Of a stretch of DNA of 64,000 nt, positions 36,070 to 47,800 are shown in pieces. A program made the translations under genes and the position numbers. Each line of letters begins with the position of its first letter. The first letter of the stretch is position 1. A model generated the notes under the pieces. It worked only from the letters and a program-made list of their open reading frames with translations. It was not told the DNA's origin and ran no database searches. Source of the DNA: Candidatus Woesearchaeota archaeon (lineage in GTDB: Archaea > Nanobdellota > Nanobdellia > Woesearchaeales > SKIA01); NCBI GenBank assembly GCA_043771635.1, contig JAYVHA010000006.1, positions 1,668 to 65,667 on the forward strand, given 5' to 3'.

Positions 36070-37137
36070 ATGGTAACTTCACTAACGGCTATTGCTCTTC
36101 TTGGGCTCGTAATCACCGGCACGTACTACGATCCGCTTCTATCTGAAACTGGCGGAGAAGCGATTCAACTCGAGAATCTTGGTAATACAGCAATTTCATT
36201 TGCCGACGCAACTCTAATAACTAAAAGCGGCGCAATTAACCTTCCACGCACAACTATTCCGCCGGGCGGCGCATTCCTAATTACTGACAGCGGATGGTCG
36301 GATCCAGCCGGCCTCAGAGACAATCTTTCTTGGCCGGGCGCAGACCTGGAAACGCCACTAAGTTTAGCAAACACAGCGAGCTGGATAGAAATTAGGGACC
36401 GCGCGTCAAACGAGACAACTAGCAGACTTGAGTGGAACAGCACTGTAAAAGCTAGGGAGGGCAAACTGTTTACTCCTCAGGGTGAAACTAATGCTGTTTT
36501 CCGTAATAGCTCAAGCGCCGTTACGACTATTCCAGTGACCATAATTATTGCAAACGGCCCGCCGATTATCGTAAACGTTACTGTGACGGATGATGCGTCG
36601 TCGCCAGGCATTCAACTAATGAGCTATGCGCGCACAATTCATGTGGAGGCCACTATACATGAACCGAACGGTGAATCATTTAGCGCAGTTGCGCGCTTTG
36701 ACGGACGCGACACTGAGTTTGTACAGCAATCAGAAAATCCGTTGTCAGCGTCCACACCAGCAGTTTTCACTGCGGACATAGCGGTAAGCGCGCTTGCTCC
36801 GGGAGACTACACTCTAAGTATCTTGGCAAGTGACGGCGCTGCGACCGCAACTAGTAATGTCCACATAACAGTACTTGCGAGTTCCTCAGTATCCGTTTCC
36901 GGACCGCTGCGCTTTAGCGGCGTGCCAGGCACACCAGTTGGCGACGTAGTAACTATTACTAATCAAGGTAATACTGAGCGAACAGTAACTGTGCAACATG
37001 TCCCTGTCGGCGCAACTTGCACTCCGCTAAGCTTCACGCTCGCGCCAGGCGAGGCCCAAGCGCTAGCTTGCTCGTTAGTAATCCCAGCAGGTCAACCAGG
37101 CGAAGTGCGCGAGCGCGTCACCATACTCACACAATGA
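36070..37137 (+). CDS. secreted lamin-tail-domain (LTD)-like protein
   Basis: N-terminal signal/TM and an LTD-like block (GEAIQLENLGNTAISFADATLITKSGAINLP...GGAFLITDSG), followed by Ig-like beta-rich repeats. Confidence 0.45.
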   Translation: MVTSLTAIALLGLVITGTYYDPLLSETGGEAIQLENLGNTAISFADATLITKSGAINLPRTTIPPGGAFLITDSGWSDPAGLRDNLSWPGADLETPLSLANTASWIEIRDRASNETTSRLEWNSTVKAREGKLFTPQGETNAVFRNSSSAVTTIPVTIIIANGPPIIVNVTVTDDASSPGIQLMSYARTIHVEATIHEPNGESFSAVARFDGRDTEFVQQSENPLSASTPAVFTADIAVSALAPGDYTLSILASDGAATATSNVHITVLASSSVSVSGPLRFSGVPGTPVGDVVTITNQGNTERTVTVQHVPVGATCTPLSFTLAPGEAQALACSLVIPAGQPGEVRERVTILTQ

Positions 37138-37189
37138 AACAATTAATTTTGGAAGCACAAGACCCTATAAAGCGTCGAGGCAAGCACAA

Positions 37190-37546
37190 ATGGAATCCGT
37201 AACTGTAGCACTAATTACAGCAGTACTAAGCGGAATGGCAGGCAGCAATGTTGACGCCATGGTTGCGCTTCATGCGCCAACTGAGAGCATCGTTTGGGTG
37301 AACGGTGAAGCGAATCGTTTGAGCGCGGGTGAAACCCGCATAGTAGCTGTACCAATCAACTTGAGCGTAGGACGAAGCAACCAGCATATAACTGTGGTTA
37401 CGGAGAGCGTAACGCACGAACTCTCGGTCGCAACCATTGGGGAGCGTCCAGTAAACCTACGTTGGTGGATTCCACTATCAACGCTTCCGCTAATACTACT
37501 TAGTGTGCGCGTTTCGCGCCCAAGAAAAGTCGTTGGTAGTTCATGA
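37190..37546 (+). CDS. hypothetical protein with C-terminal TM helix
   Basis: 118-aa ORF with a C-terminal hydrophobic stretch (WIPLSTLPLILLSV). Overlaps the TatD 3' end on the opposite strand. Confidence 0.25.
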   Translation: MESVTVALITAVLSGMAGSNVDAMVALHAPTESIVWVNGEANRLSAGETRIVAVPINLSVGRSNQHITVVTESVTHELSVATIGERPVNLRWWIPLSTLPLILLSVRVSRPRKVVGSS

Positions 37547-38273
37547 ACAGCATTTGCGTGCACTCTTCGGGCGTTATCTTTTTTTCAGTTGCAATTCGAG
37601 CCAGCGTTTGGACAACACTTGCCGGCTCGTTCGGCCAAACGTCTTTCTCAGCGGACAAATATGGTGCATCAGTTTCCGTCAAGAGCTGCGATAAAGGCAC
37701 TAGCTGCGCAAGCATCTGAAACTGCGAGGAACGAGAAATTATTGCAGGCACACTGAAAGTATATTTCCGCGCTATGCCTTCCATAAGTAGTTTCTTGCTG
37801 CCTCCAAAGCAGTGCAGGATTACAGGAGTCGGGTGGCGCATTTGTTCAAGCTCAGCGAACACTTCCGCCTCGGCTTTACGAGTATGCACAATTATTGGCA
37901 AACGTAGTTCCGCCGCGAGCTTGCAAGCCGCGCGAAAACGAATTAGCTGCTCGTCCGTAACTGGCTGCATACCATCCAGACCTATTTCTCCTATCGCAAC
38001 TGGCGGGTACGCGCCGTGCAGCGCTTGCTCGCGGATCCACTCTAGCGCCGCGTGGTCTGCAGCAGCATCATACGGATCCGTTGGATACAGACCATATACT
38101 GGACGAATTATTGCATACTGCTCACAAAGTGAACGTACAGCTTCGTTACTAGCCTGGTTTGTTCCATTGCTTAGAATTGCTTTTACTCCGGCGGCACGCG
38201 CGCGGTCAAGTACTGCAGGAAGAACACCTTCAAAGGCTTTATCATCCATATGAGCATGAACGTCGATGTACAT
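37500..38273 (-). CDS. TatD-family metal-dependent hydrolase (DNase)
   Basis: MYIDVHAHMDD N-terminal His motif and a TIM-barrel TatD pattern (...ETDAPYL...). Confidence 0.8.
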   Translation of the reverse strand: MYIDVHAHMDDKAFEGVLPAVLDRARAAGVKAILSNGTNQASNEAVRSLCEQYAIIRPVYGLYPTDPYDAAADHAALEWIREQALHGAYPPVAIGEIGLDGMQPVTDEQLIRFRAACKLAAELRLPIIVHTRKAEAEVFAELEQMRHPTPVILHCFGGSKKLLMEGIARKYTFSVPAIISRSSQFQMLAQLVPLSQLLTETDAPYLSAEKDVWPNEPASVVQTLARIATEKKITPEECTQMLFMNYQRLFLGAKRAH

Positions 38274-38340
38274 ACAGATTGAAAATCTTCATGGGCTAAA
38301 AAGGTTACTAATGGTATAAATTATTAGAATAACTACAGAT

Positions 38341-38412
38341 ACAAAGCTAAAGCAAACAAAGCTAAAGCAAACTCAGCAATAGCAAACAAAGCTAAAGCAA
38401 ACAAAGCTAAAG
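38341..38412. repeat. 15-nt tandem repeat (caaacaaagctaaag) x about 5, intergenic
   Basis: Direct reading: acaaagctaaag caaacaaagctaaag caaactcagcaatag caaacaaagctaaag caaacaaagctaaag. Lies between the Zn-ribbon gene's 3' end and the TatD promoter. Confidence 0.6.
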
Positions 38413-38820
38413 GTTGGTCAGAAATGCGAGCGTAAATTCTTCTTCAAAAGTTGTCGTACGCGTTTCTTTCTCGTCTCGGATTAATATATCCGCACGATAT
38501 GCCCCTTCATCTTTCTCGATAGTGTCGGCGTCAACAATAACCACGCAGTCACGGTCGGTCTCCTCGCCAATCGCGTCTTCAAGCGCATCAAGAAGCGCTT
38601 CTTTATCGGACACTGAAGCAGAGTTTAACCTGGAAGCAAGGCCGTGCTGTTTACTTTTTATAAAGACTCCTTCACCACAGCTAGGACAACCAGTGTGTGC
38701 ATCCTCTTCTCGGGCCACTGCGGCGCAGCGTAAACAGTAAAGCATTCTATACGGACAGCAGTCGCCGTATATAAACTTGTGTGCCAGTAGTTCTGAGCTA
38801 ATAATGTGCGCGCGACTCAC
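38407..38820 (-). CDS. Cys4 zinc-ribbon protein with acidic C-terminal half
   Basis: CPYRMLYCLRC...CPSCGEG. Sits 9 nt downstream of the giant ORF's stop, so it is probably co-transcribed. Confidence 0.4.
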   Translation of the reverse strand: MSRAHIISSELLAHKFIYGDCCPYRMLYCLRCAAVAREEDAHTGCPSCGEGVFIKSKQHGLASRLNSASVSDKEALLDALEDAIGEETDRDCVVIVDADTIEKDEGAYRADILIRDEKETRTTTFEEEFTLAFLTNL

Positions 38821-38828
38821 TGCAACGC

Positions 38829-41800
38829 TTAATACACTATTGATGTATTGGTTGTAAGCGCTCGCACACCTACAATGAACATGTTTGTTAGGTTTACTGA
38901 ACCATTTACGCTAATGTTTACACTGCTTGAGCTGCCAGCCGTAATGTTTGGTAAGTACCATCTTAGTGACGTGCCGGAAGCTAATGGACCATTTACTATC
39001 TGTGACTCGAACGGCACAGAACTATAACTCGCATTGAGACCATGCGGCACGAACCCATAAGCGAACACGTCATGCTCGGTGTAGTTCTGGGCATTTGTTA
39101 TGTTAATTATTATGGTGCGTTGCTGCGCCGCGACATCTGTTACGTTCCAGCGCACAGTTAAGTTTACTGCGCTGCGGATACTTGCATTGGCAGTTGTGCT
39201 ATTTGGATTGTAGAATAGTTTTGCACAAGTCACAGTATAATTGACTACGCCCTCAAGGGAGAACGCAGTTGTGTTATCGTATAGACCGCGCGTTCCGTTG
39301 TAGACCATGGTTGCGTTACGGTCAAAGAACCTAATTGTGCAGTTCGCATCCGTAATGGTGCCGCCTGTTGAATTTGTTGCATTCGCATAGTAGCGTCCAA
39401 GGGAATTTGAATATATTGAACCGTTGAAGTATTCTTCACTGTCGAACACGCTGAGTCCTATGAAACCATATACAGTAAAGTTTCGCAGCGAGTAGTTAGT
39501 TGTAAAGAAGTACTTTGCAACTGGAATGGCGGACGTATTCCACACACCCACTCCGTAAGTGAAGAGGTTCTGCGTCGCGTTCCAAACAGTTCCGTTTGAT
39601 GTTGCGACTGGCATAGTAGTACCGCCAATTGGAGGAAGTAACGTCAAGTTAAGTGTTAAGTTATAGGTTTGGTTAAGTACTGTTGCGTTTTCAAAACCGA
39701 AGCTAGACGCTGCTAGGTATAATAATGCTGTATCCGATTCATTGTATTCAAGTCGAGGCCTGTCCGCTGCAAGCTCGTAAGACACGTTTATTCCACCGTA
39801 TATTAGTAAAGTGCGAGTTCCGTTTGGAATGCCGCCGCTGTTGTTCATTGACCATGTCCAGTTGCCAGCATACATCGTCGAGTTTGGATCTATCGTTAAG
39901 TTGACATACGTGTCCGTCGTAACGTTCGAACCTAGATAGATTGTACCGTTTGGCAATCCTAATGGGTCGGTACGGTTTGCCCATACTTCAACTAAGATCC
40001 CGTTTGGAACTCCTGCTTTCACTCTCGTTACTAGCAAAGTTTGATCTGCGAAGAGCGCACTTACTCCGTCACGATCAACAATAGTATCATTTGCTGGCGA
40101 CTCTGGCGTAAGCGATATTGGCGTAACATTCAAGGTAGCGGACACATTTGCCTGTAGTACATAATAGAATAATGAAAGGTTACTTGTTGCGTTACACGTT
40201 ATGTTCATCAGACCTTGGACAGTTGGAGTATACAACACAGTTACGTTACCACTGGCATTAGTTAAGTTGCTTGCGACAAACGAGCCACCAGCATAAACGC
40301 TCACGTTTAGTCCTGCAACAGCAGCCGACGTATGACTGTCAATTACTGAACAAGCAATAATCATAGTCTCGAACGCTTCCACGGGACTTGATATAAGCGA
40401 GATACTACTAACATTAGCAAAGCCGTAAACTGTAGTATTGCGAGTGTTGTTACTGGTTTGTATAAAGTAATTAGCGGAAGCATCCACACTTGCGTTCCAT
40501 ACGCCAACTCCGCCTGCAGGAATTAGTAATGTGTCGTTTCGCCACGTGGTACCTCCAAATACTAGGCCACGCGCAATTCTACTTCCATTTGCAGCAGCGA
40601 GAGATTGGTTTACAACAGCTCCGTAACTTGCATTCAATGCACTTCGATTTTCAGGACCGGCGGAGGTTATATTCAAACGTACAGTTACTGTTTGATTTTG
40701 AGTGTAGTTGGAGTCCAAATCGAAGGTACCATTCTCATAAGCGATAATGAGCTGACCAAACACAATTACTGCGCGCGTACCATTAGGTGCTCCTGCACTG
40801 CTGTTTCCATACCAGCTCCAATTACCTGCGTATATCGAAGCATTAGGATTGAAGTAAACAGTAATGCTGCCGCTGCTAGTTGTATTGTTCGCGAACAGAA
40901 CTGCGTTTTGCGCAGGACTAATGGTGCCTGGGACAGTTAAGTTCGCACGCACATCGATTGCAACGCCATCAGGAATGAAGCTCGGTACAGTTAACACAAA
41001 TGTAGCATCATCAGGCAAGGTAGTATTAGCACTATCGCGATCTAATGCAGTACTATTTGCAGGAGCGGTTGGCGTTATTGGGAAAGCGACCACGCTCACA
41101 GATGTATTGCGCTCGGGCTCTAGGCCGCGGAAGTATGAAATTGCAGGCTGATCCGTTACGTTACAAGTAATCGTGTAAGAACCCGTAACATTAATTGCGT
41201 GCGTGAGTGAAGTGTTACCGGTTAAATTTGTACTGTTTAAGCCGATTAGTATTCCGTTTCGATAGAATGAAACAGTAGCGCCGTTTACAGGGACACTTGT
41301 TACTTGGTTTTGTACGCTACAACTTGACGTAAACGATTGATATGCAAACGGCGCTGCGTTCGACGACGTACTGTTAGTTACGTTCATAATTCCGTACACT
41401 ACTAATGTGCGGTTACTTGCATTCATGAAGAACCAATTGGCTTGCGCGTCTACTGTTGAGTTCCACACACCAGGGCCGCCTGGCAGGTTTATTGCAATTG
41501 TTCGGTTCCATAGCGAACCATTGTATGTGAGCGCATAGCTCGCGTTTCCTGAAGTACGCTCGAAAGTAGCATTTGTTACGGTTGCATACGAACTGTTAAG
41601 CTCACTACGCGTTTCAGGTCCTGCGCTCGTAACGTTAGCTTGCACCGTTATGCTTTCATTTTCGGTGTAGTTTACATTTGGATTTGTGGTAGCACTGTTG
41701 TACACCGCGGTGAGCTGTCCGTAAACAAGCACTGTCAAACTTCCATTGCTATCGCCATTCGAGGCATTTCCATACCAAGACCAGTTACCTGCGTAGATGC

Positions 41801-44800
41801 TGCTGTTAGGGTTAAAGTATAAAGTTGCGATTCCACCACTTGTAGTGTTGTTGCCGAAAAGCACCGCAGCTTGACCTAGGCCGGCTGGACTTGTTAGGTT
41901 TCCTCTGAAGTCCACTCTCACACCATTAGGAACTACGCTTGGCACCGCCACTGTTAGCACTACTACATCAACCATGCTGGCATTTCCACTATCACGATCA
42001 ACCGCTGTATTATTCGCTGGGGAGGTTGGCGTAATTGTGAAAGGCGTAACAGTTACTGTGCTATTACGCTCAGGTTCTGAGCCGCGGAAGTACAAAATGG
42101 CTGGCTGATCACTTATGTTACAAGTTATAGTGTAAGTGCCAGTTGTGTTAATGCTGTGCGTCAAGGTAGCAAACCCTGTAGCGTTAGTCGCGTTCGTACC
42201 CAGCAGCGTTCCATTTCGATAGAATGATACAGTTGAGCCTGCAACGCTGTAGCCACTAAGTTGATCCTGAACACCGCACGACGCAGTTGTTACTTCAAAG
42301 GCCATGATGCTTGTCGGCAATGACGTATTACTGGTTACGTTTGCAAAGCCGTAGAGCACAAACGTTTTGTTTGTAACGTTGCGATAGAAGTAGTTCGCGC
42401 TACTGTTGGCTATTGTTGACCATGTGCCGACGCCGTAAAGTTGACTTAGTAGGTGAGTGCCATTCCAGAATGGATTAGTGTAACTTAGCGTTGCGTTCGT
42501 TGTATAGCCGCTCGTATTCGCGATTGTGTTGCGCACACTTGCTCCATAGCTCGCGTTAATCTGATCACGCGACTCAGGACCTGAGCTTGTTAAGTTTACT
42601 TCAATTCGCGCGCTGTCAGTTTGATTGTAGCTGCCGTTAGGATGTTGAAGCGCGTTTCTATAAGTGGTAACAAGCCCGCCGTAAACAGCCACAGTGCGTG
42701 TTGTGTTACCGAAGCCCTGGCTGTTGTTACCGTACCAGGTCCAGTTTCCTGCATATATGCTTGCGTTAGGGTTGAAGTACAGTACTGCGCTGCCGCCAAC
42801 AGTTGTGTTATTACCAAAGACTATGCTGTTTTGACCGAGACCGTTTGGCGTTGTTAAGTTTGCAATGAAGTCAATGCGTACGCCGTCAGGGATTGTACTA
42901 CGCACTGTGACATTGAGCATTATTACATCAGCGTCTGTACTGTCCACACTGTCACGGTCTACTGCGGTATCGTTTGCTGGAGAAACAGCGTTTAGCGCGA
43001 ACGGCAGAACTGTTATCGAAGTATTTCCTAGTGGCGCGTCGCCGCGGTAGTAGAATATATTGCTCTGGTTGCTGACATTGCACGCTAATACATACGTACC
43101 TGTAATGTTAATGCTGTGCGTTATTGTTGTGCGGCCTGTTGTATTTGTTGTGTTCGTTCCAATAAGCGTTCCGTTTCGGTAGAATGAGACAGTGGCGCCT
43201 GTTACGTTTACATTCGTGTGCTGGTCCTGCACGCCACAGGTCATGGTGGCAGACTCAAACACTTCTATCGTAGATGCGGACGTAGTGTTGGAAGTTATAT
43301 TCATGAAGCCGTACACAGTAGTATTTCTCACTCCTACCGTGGTGCTATTGAAGAACCATGCAGCCCAAGCAGTAGCCGTTGCGTTCCACACACCTACACC
43401 GTTTGGAGGCATAAAGAGCGCGCTACCCGACCAAACTGGAGTGCTATATGCAAGGCCTGTTGTATTGTTGCCATTTAGCGGAGATATCAGACTTGCATTT
43501 GCCGCGGCACCATAGTTTGCGCTAATCTGGTCGCGTGTTTCCGGACCACTGCTAGTAACGTTCACACGCAGTGTTGCAGTCGCGTTCTGCGTGTAGTTAA
43601 CATTCGGATCGAACGAACCGTTTTGGAACACCGCAGTAAGCTGTCCATACACATGCAAATAACCGTCAATGTTACTGTAGGCATTGCTGTTGTTACCAAA
43701 CCACGTCCAGTTACCTGCGTACAACGTGCTATTAGGATTAAACAAAAATGACGCGCTACCGCCGACAGTAGTATTATTACCGAGCAGTATATTAGTTTGA
43801 CTTAGGCCTGCTGGAGTTGTAAGGTTTCCAAGGAAGTCAATTCGAACACCATTAGGAACATAGCTTGGCACTGTGATGTTTAGCACTACTGTGTCCGCCA
43901 TACTGCCATTACCACTGTCGCGATCGAGTGGGGTTCCGTTTGCCGGACTCGTCACGTTAATTGCGAAACCGACCACAGTAACTGTAACATTTCGCTCATT
44001 TTCTAGTCCCTTAAAGTATAGTATCGCTGGCTGATCGCTAATGTTGCAGGTTACAATGTAAGTGCCAGTTACGTTTATAGTGTGAGTTAAAGTGGAAGTT
44101 CCGGTTGCGTTAGTTGTATTTGCACCGATAAGCGTTCCATTTCGGTAGAACGAAACGGTTGAACCTGCAACACTGTAGCCACTAAGCTGATCCCTCACAC
44201 CGCAAGTCGAGGTAATTGACTGGAATGCAGTAGGAAGCGCAGGGCTTGTGCTGTTGCTAGTTACGTTTGCAAAGCCGTAGAGGACAAACGTTTTGTTTGT
44301 GACGTTACGATAGAAGAAATTAGCACTGCTGTTTGCAAGCGTAGTCCAAGTACCAACACCCAATAGGCCGCTAAGTGGCTGCGTTCCGTTCCAGAATGGA
44401 TTAGTGTAACTGAGCGTTTCGTTCGTTGTATAGCCGCTAGTGTTCGCGATTGTATTACGCGCACTTGCTCCGTAGCTCGCATTAATCTCATCACGCGACT
44501 CAGGACCAAAGCTTGTCAAGTTTACTTCAATTCGCGCGCTGTCGGTTTGATTATAGCTACTATTAGGGTTGAACGAGCTGTTACGGTAACTAGTATTTAG
44601 ACCGCCGTAAACAAGCACTGTTAGTGTTGCGTTCGACGTACCGCTACTCGCGTTCGCATACCAAGTCCAGTTACCTGCATAGATTGTCGCATTAGGGTTG
44701 AACCACAAAACTGCGCTACCCGCGAGCGTAGTATTATTGCCGAATAAAATATTGGTCTGAGCAAGTCCCGAAGGTGTTGTTAAGTTACCACGGAAGTCAA

Positions 44801-47800
44801 TACGTACGCCATCAATAACTGAACTTGGCACAGTGACATTAAGCATTACAAAGTCAACATCCATAGTATTTACGCTATCGCGGTCAAGGACCGTATCATT
44901 CGCGGGAGCAACCGCATCAATCGGGAACGGAATTACAGTAAGCGTAGCATTCTGTTCTGGAGCATCGCCGCGGTAGTAGAATATGCTAGTTTGATTAGAT
45001 ACGTTACACGAAACAGTGTATACCCCCGTGCTATTTTGAACATAGGAAAGCGTGGTGTAGCCTGTTGCGTTCGTTGTATTCGAGCCGAGGAGTGTGCCAT
45101 TCAAGAAGATTGAAACGGTTGCGCCACTTACATTCCTGTTTGTGTGCTGGTCTTGTACGCGACAAGTGCTAGTCGTAGAACTAAAGGCAACAATTGTTGA
45201 AGGAGATACCAAACCACTCGTAACATTCATGTAGCCATAAACAGTAGTGTTTCGCACTCCTACTGTAGTGCTATTGAAGAACCATGCAGCCCAAGCAGTA
45301 GCCGTTGCGTTCCATACGCCCACACTGTTCGGCGGAATAAACAAGGCACTACCACTCCACACGGGAGACGCATAGCTGAGGCCTGTAGTGTTATTACCAC
45401 TAAGCGGAGATAGTAGGCTCGCATTCGCTGTCGCAGCATAATTAGCGCTAATCTGGTCACGCGTTTCAGGACCGCTGCTTGTTAGATTAAGGCGTAACGT
45501 AGCCGTGCCGTTCTGCGTGTAATTAGCATTTGGATCGAATGAACCGTTTTCAAACACGGATGTCAATTGACCGTAGACAAGGAAAGTTCTCGTGCCATTG
45601 AGTGTACCGCCAGTTCCGTTTGCCCACCAAGTGTAGTTTCCCGCATATCGAGTGCTATTAGGATTAAACCATAATGTAGCGCCGGAAGCTACTGTGGTAT
45701 TGTTTCCTAGGAAAATATTAGTTTGTCCTGCAATTCCTGCTGGATTAGTTAAGTTAGCATACCACTCGATTCTAACTCCATTCGGCACTACACTGTCGAC
45801 CGTTACATTCAGATCAGTTAGGTCGGCCATGGTAGCGTTTGCGCTATCTCTGTCGAGTGCAGTGTTATTTGCAGGCGCTACTGGCTGAACAACATATTCA
45901 GTTACATTTATTGAGATATTCCTTTCTGGCTCGAGCCCTCGCACATATGAAATGGACGGCTGATCACTTACGTTACAAGTGAGAGCATAAACGCCTGTTG
46001 TGTTAATAGTGTGAGCGAACGATGACAAGCCGGCGCTATTAGTAACATTTGTGCCGAGTAGTTGTGCGCCCCGGTAGAACGATACGTTCGCTCCCGATAC
46101 AGTGTAGTTGCTGTATTGCGCAACAACTGTGCAGCGGATGTTAAACGTACTATAAACTGTCGTAGTATTTAGAGTGACGTTCGCTATAGTTACATTCATC
46201 AAACCGAGGAGGGTGAAGTTTCGAGTGGTGCTGTTTACATAGAACCATTGCGCACTAGCATTACCTGTGCTTGACCAGTTGCCGACTCCTGCTAGTGACG
46301 TCGCAACTTGCGTGGCGTTCCAGTAAGGATTAGTGTAGCTTGCTGTTGCGTTACGCGAAAAGTTGCTAGTATTTGCAATTCGCGTCGAGAGTGCTGCGCC
46401 ATACGTAGCATTCAGTATGTCTCGAGTTTCAGGTCCGCCTGTGCTGGACAGATTAAATCGTAACTCGAATGTTTCATTCTGCGTTTGATTTACACCTGGC
46501 GTTCCGCTCGCATTGGCGTGTACAATGCTAAGTCCACCGTATATTCCAATAGTTGCACTTGACTGGCTGCTCGCATTCGTAGCATTCGGCCACCAAGTCC
46601 AGTTTCCTGCATAGTATGAGCTGTTAGGATTGAACGCAAGTACGGCTGTACCTGTAATGTTAGTTACTGCACTTCCGAGGAATAAATTAGTTTGACCACC
46701 TATGATTGGACTCGTTAGGTTACCCCAGTAAGTTACGTTAATTCCGCTGTCGCCGTCAGCGTTAACCACTAAGTTTATACTGTCAGCATCGACTGCGCTC
46801 GCGCTGTCACGGTCTACCGGCGTCTCATTAGCTGGAGAAGTGATCACTAATGTAGGATTGATTGTGACTGTGTTCGAGCACGCACGAGAGCTCTCGTTTG
46901 CACCATCATTTGCGGTCACGCACGCTTGCCAGGTTTGATACGCTTGAGTCTCATTTGACACAATGGTTGCGTTCCAAGTGGTGCTGTTTCCCTCGAGCAT
47001 TATTTGCCGGATTTGGGCGAGCGAAAGCGTACGATTGTAAATTCGTACATCATCTATTCTACCGTCAAAGTCCTTTGCAAGCGTAGTTGTAGGCTTACCG
47101 ATTAGTAACGATAAAGCGTTACTGTCCAAAGAAGTCATATTGACCGTACTTAAAGGACTTTGAGCATCCTCTACACCGTTAATATAAAATCTTATACCTT
47201 GAGTACTATTTGCAGTATATGCTATCGCAATGTGTTGCCAAGCAATAGTATTTCCTGAACCGGTTGATGTCTCAAGACGTAGCTCTCCAGAGTTACCTGT
47301 GAGCATAACACTATAGGTGTCTGTTCGGCCGCTGTTAAATGCAACTTCATCACGCCATAAGAGCAACGGTTGTCCTGCTACAAAAGTGCCTTTTGACAAC
47401 AGCGTCCCATCATCAGTTAAGTCATTATTTTTTACCCACATAGCTACAGTTAAGGCAGTCGTGCCGTCAATTTCGCTTCTGTCACCTAGGTCTATTCCTC
47501 CGTTTACAGGTCCGAAGTAGTATGCACCACGGCTATTGACGCCACCAGTACTGTTCCAAGTTACGCTGCTACCAACAGCACCATCATATCCGTTGCCAGA
47601 GTAGTCTTCTGCGTACGTTGAGTTAGATCCGCCTTCAAACGGCATTTGGACAGTAGCATAAGGCGCTCCGTCAATCGACCAAGCGTATATGTTCGATACC
47701 GTATCGCCTTCTGCGTCCGTTGTACTTTGATTTTGAGCAAACAAGAATGCCGATGATAGATTTAGCGGATTGTCCGAAGCTATTAGCGTTGGACTCCCTT

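Noticed and set aside
38341-38412. Possible CRISPR array
   Set aside because: Only a 15-nt direct tandem repeat with no unique spacers; there is no CRISPR-like repeat-spacer organisation anywhere in the window.
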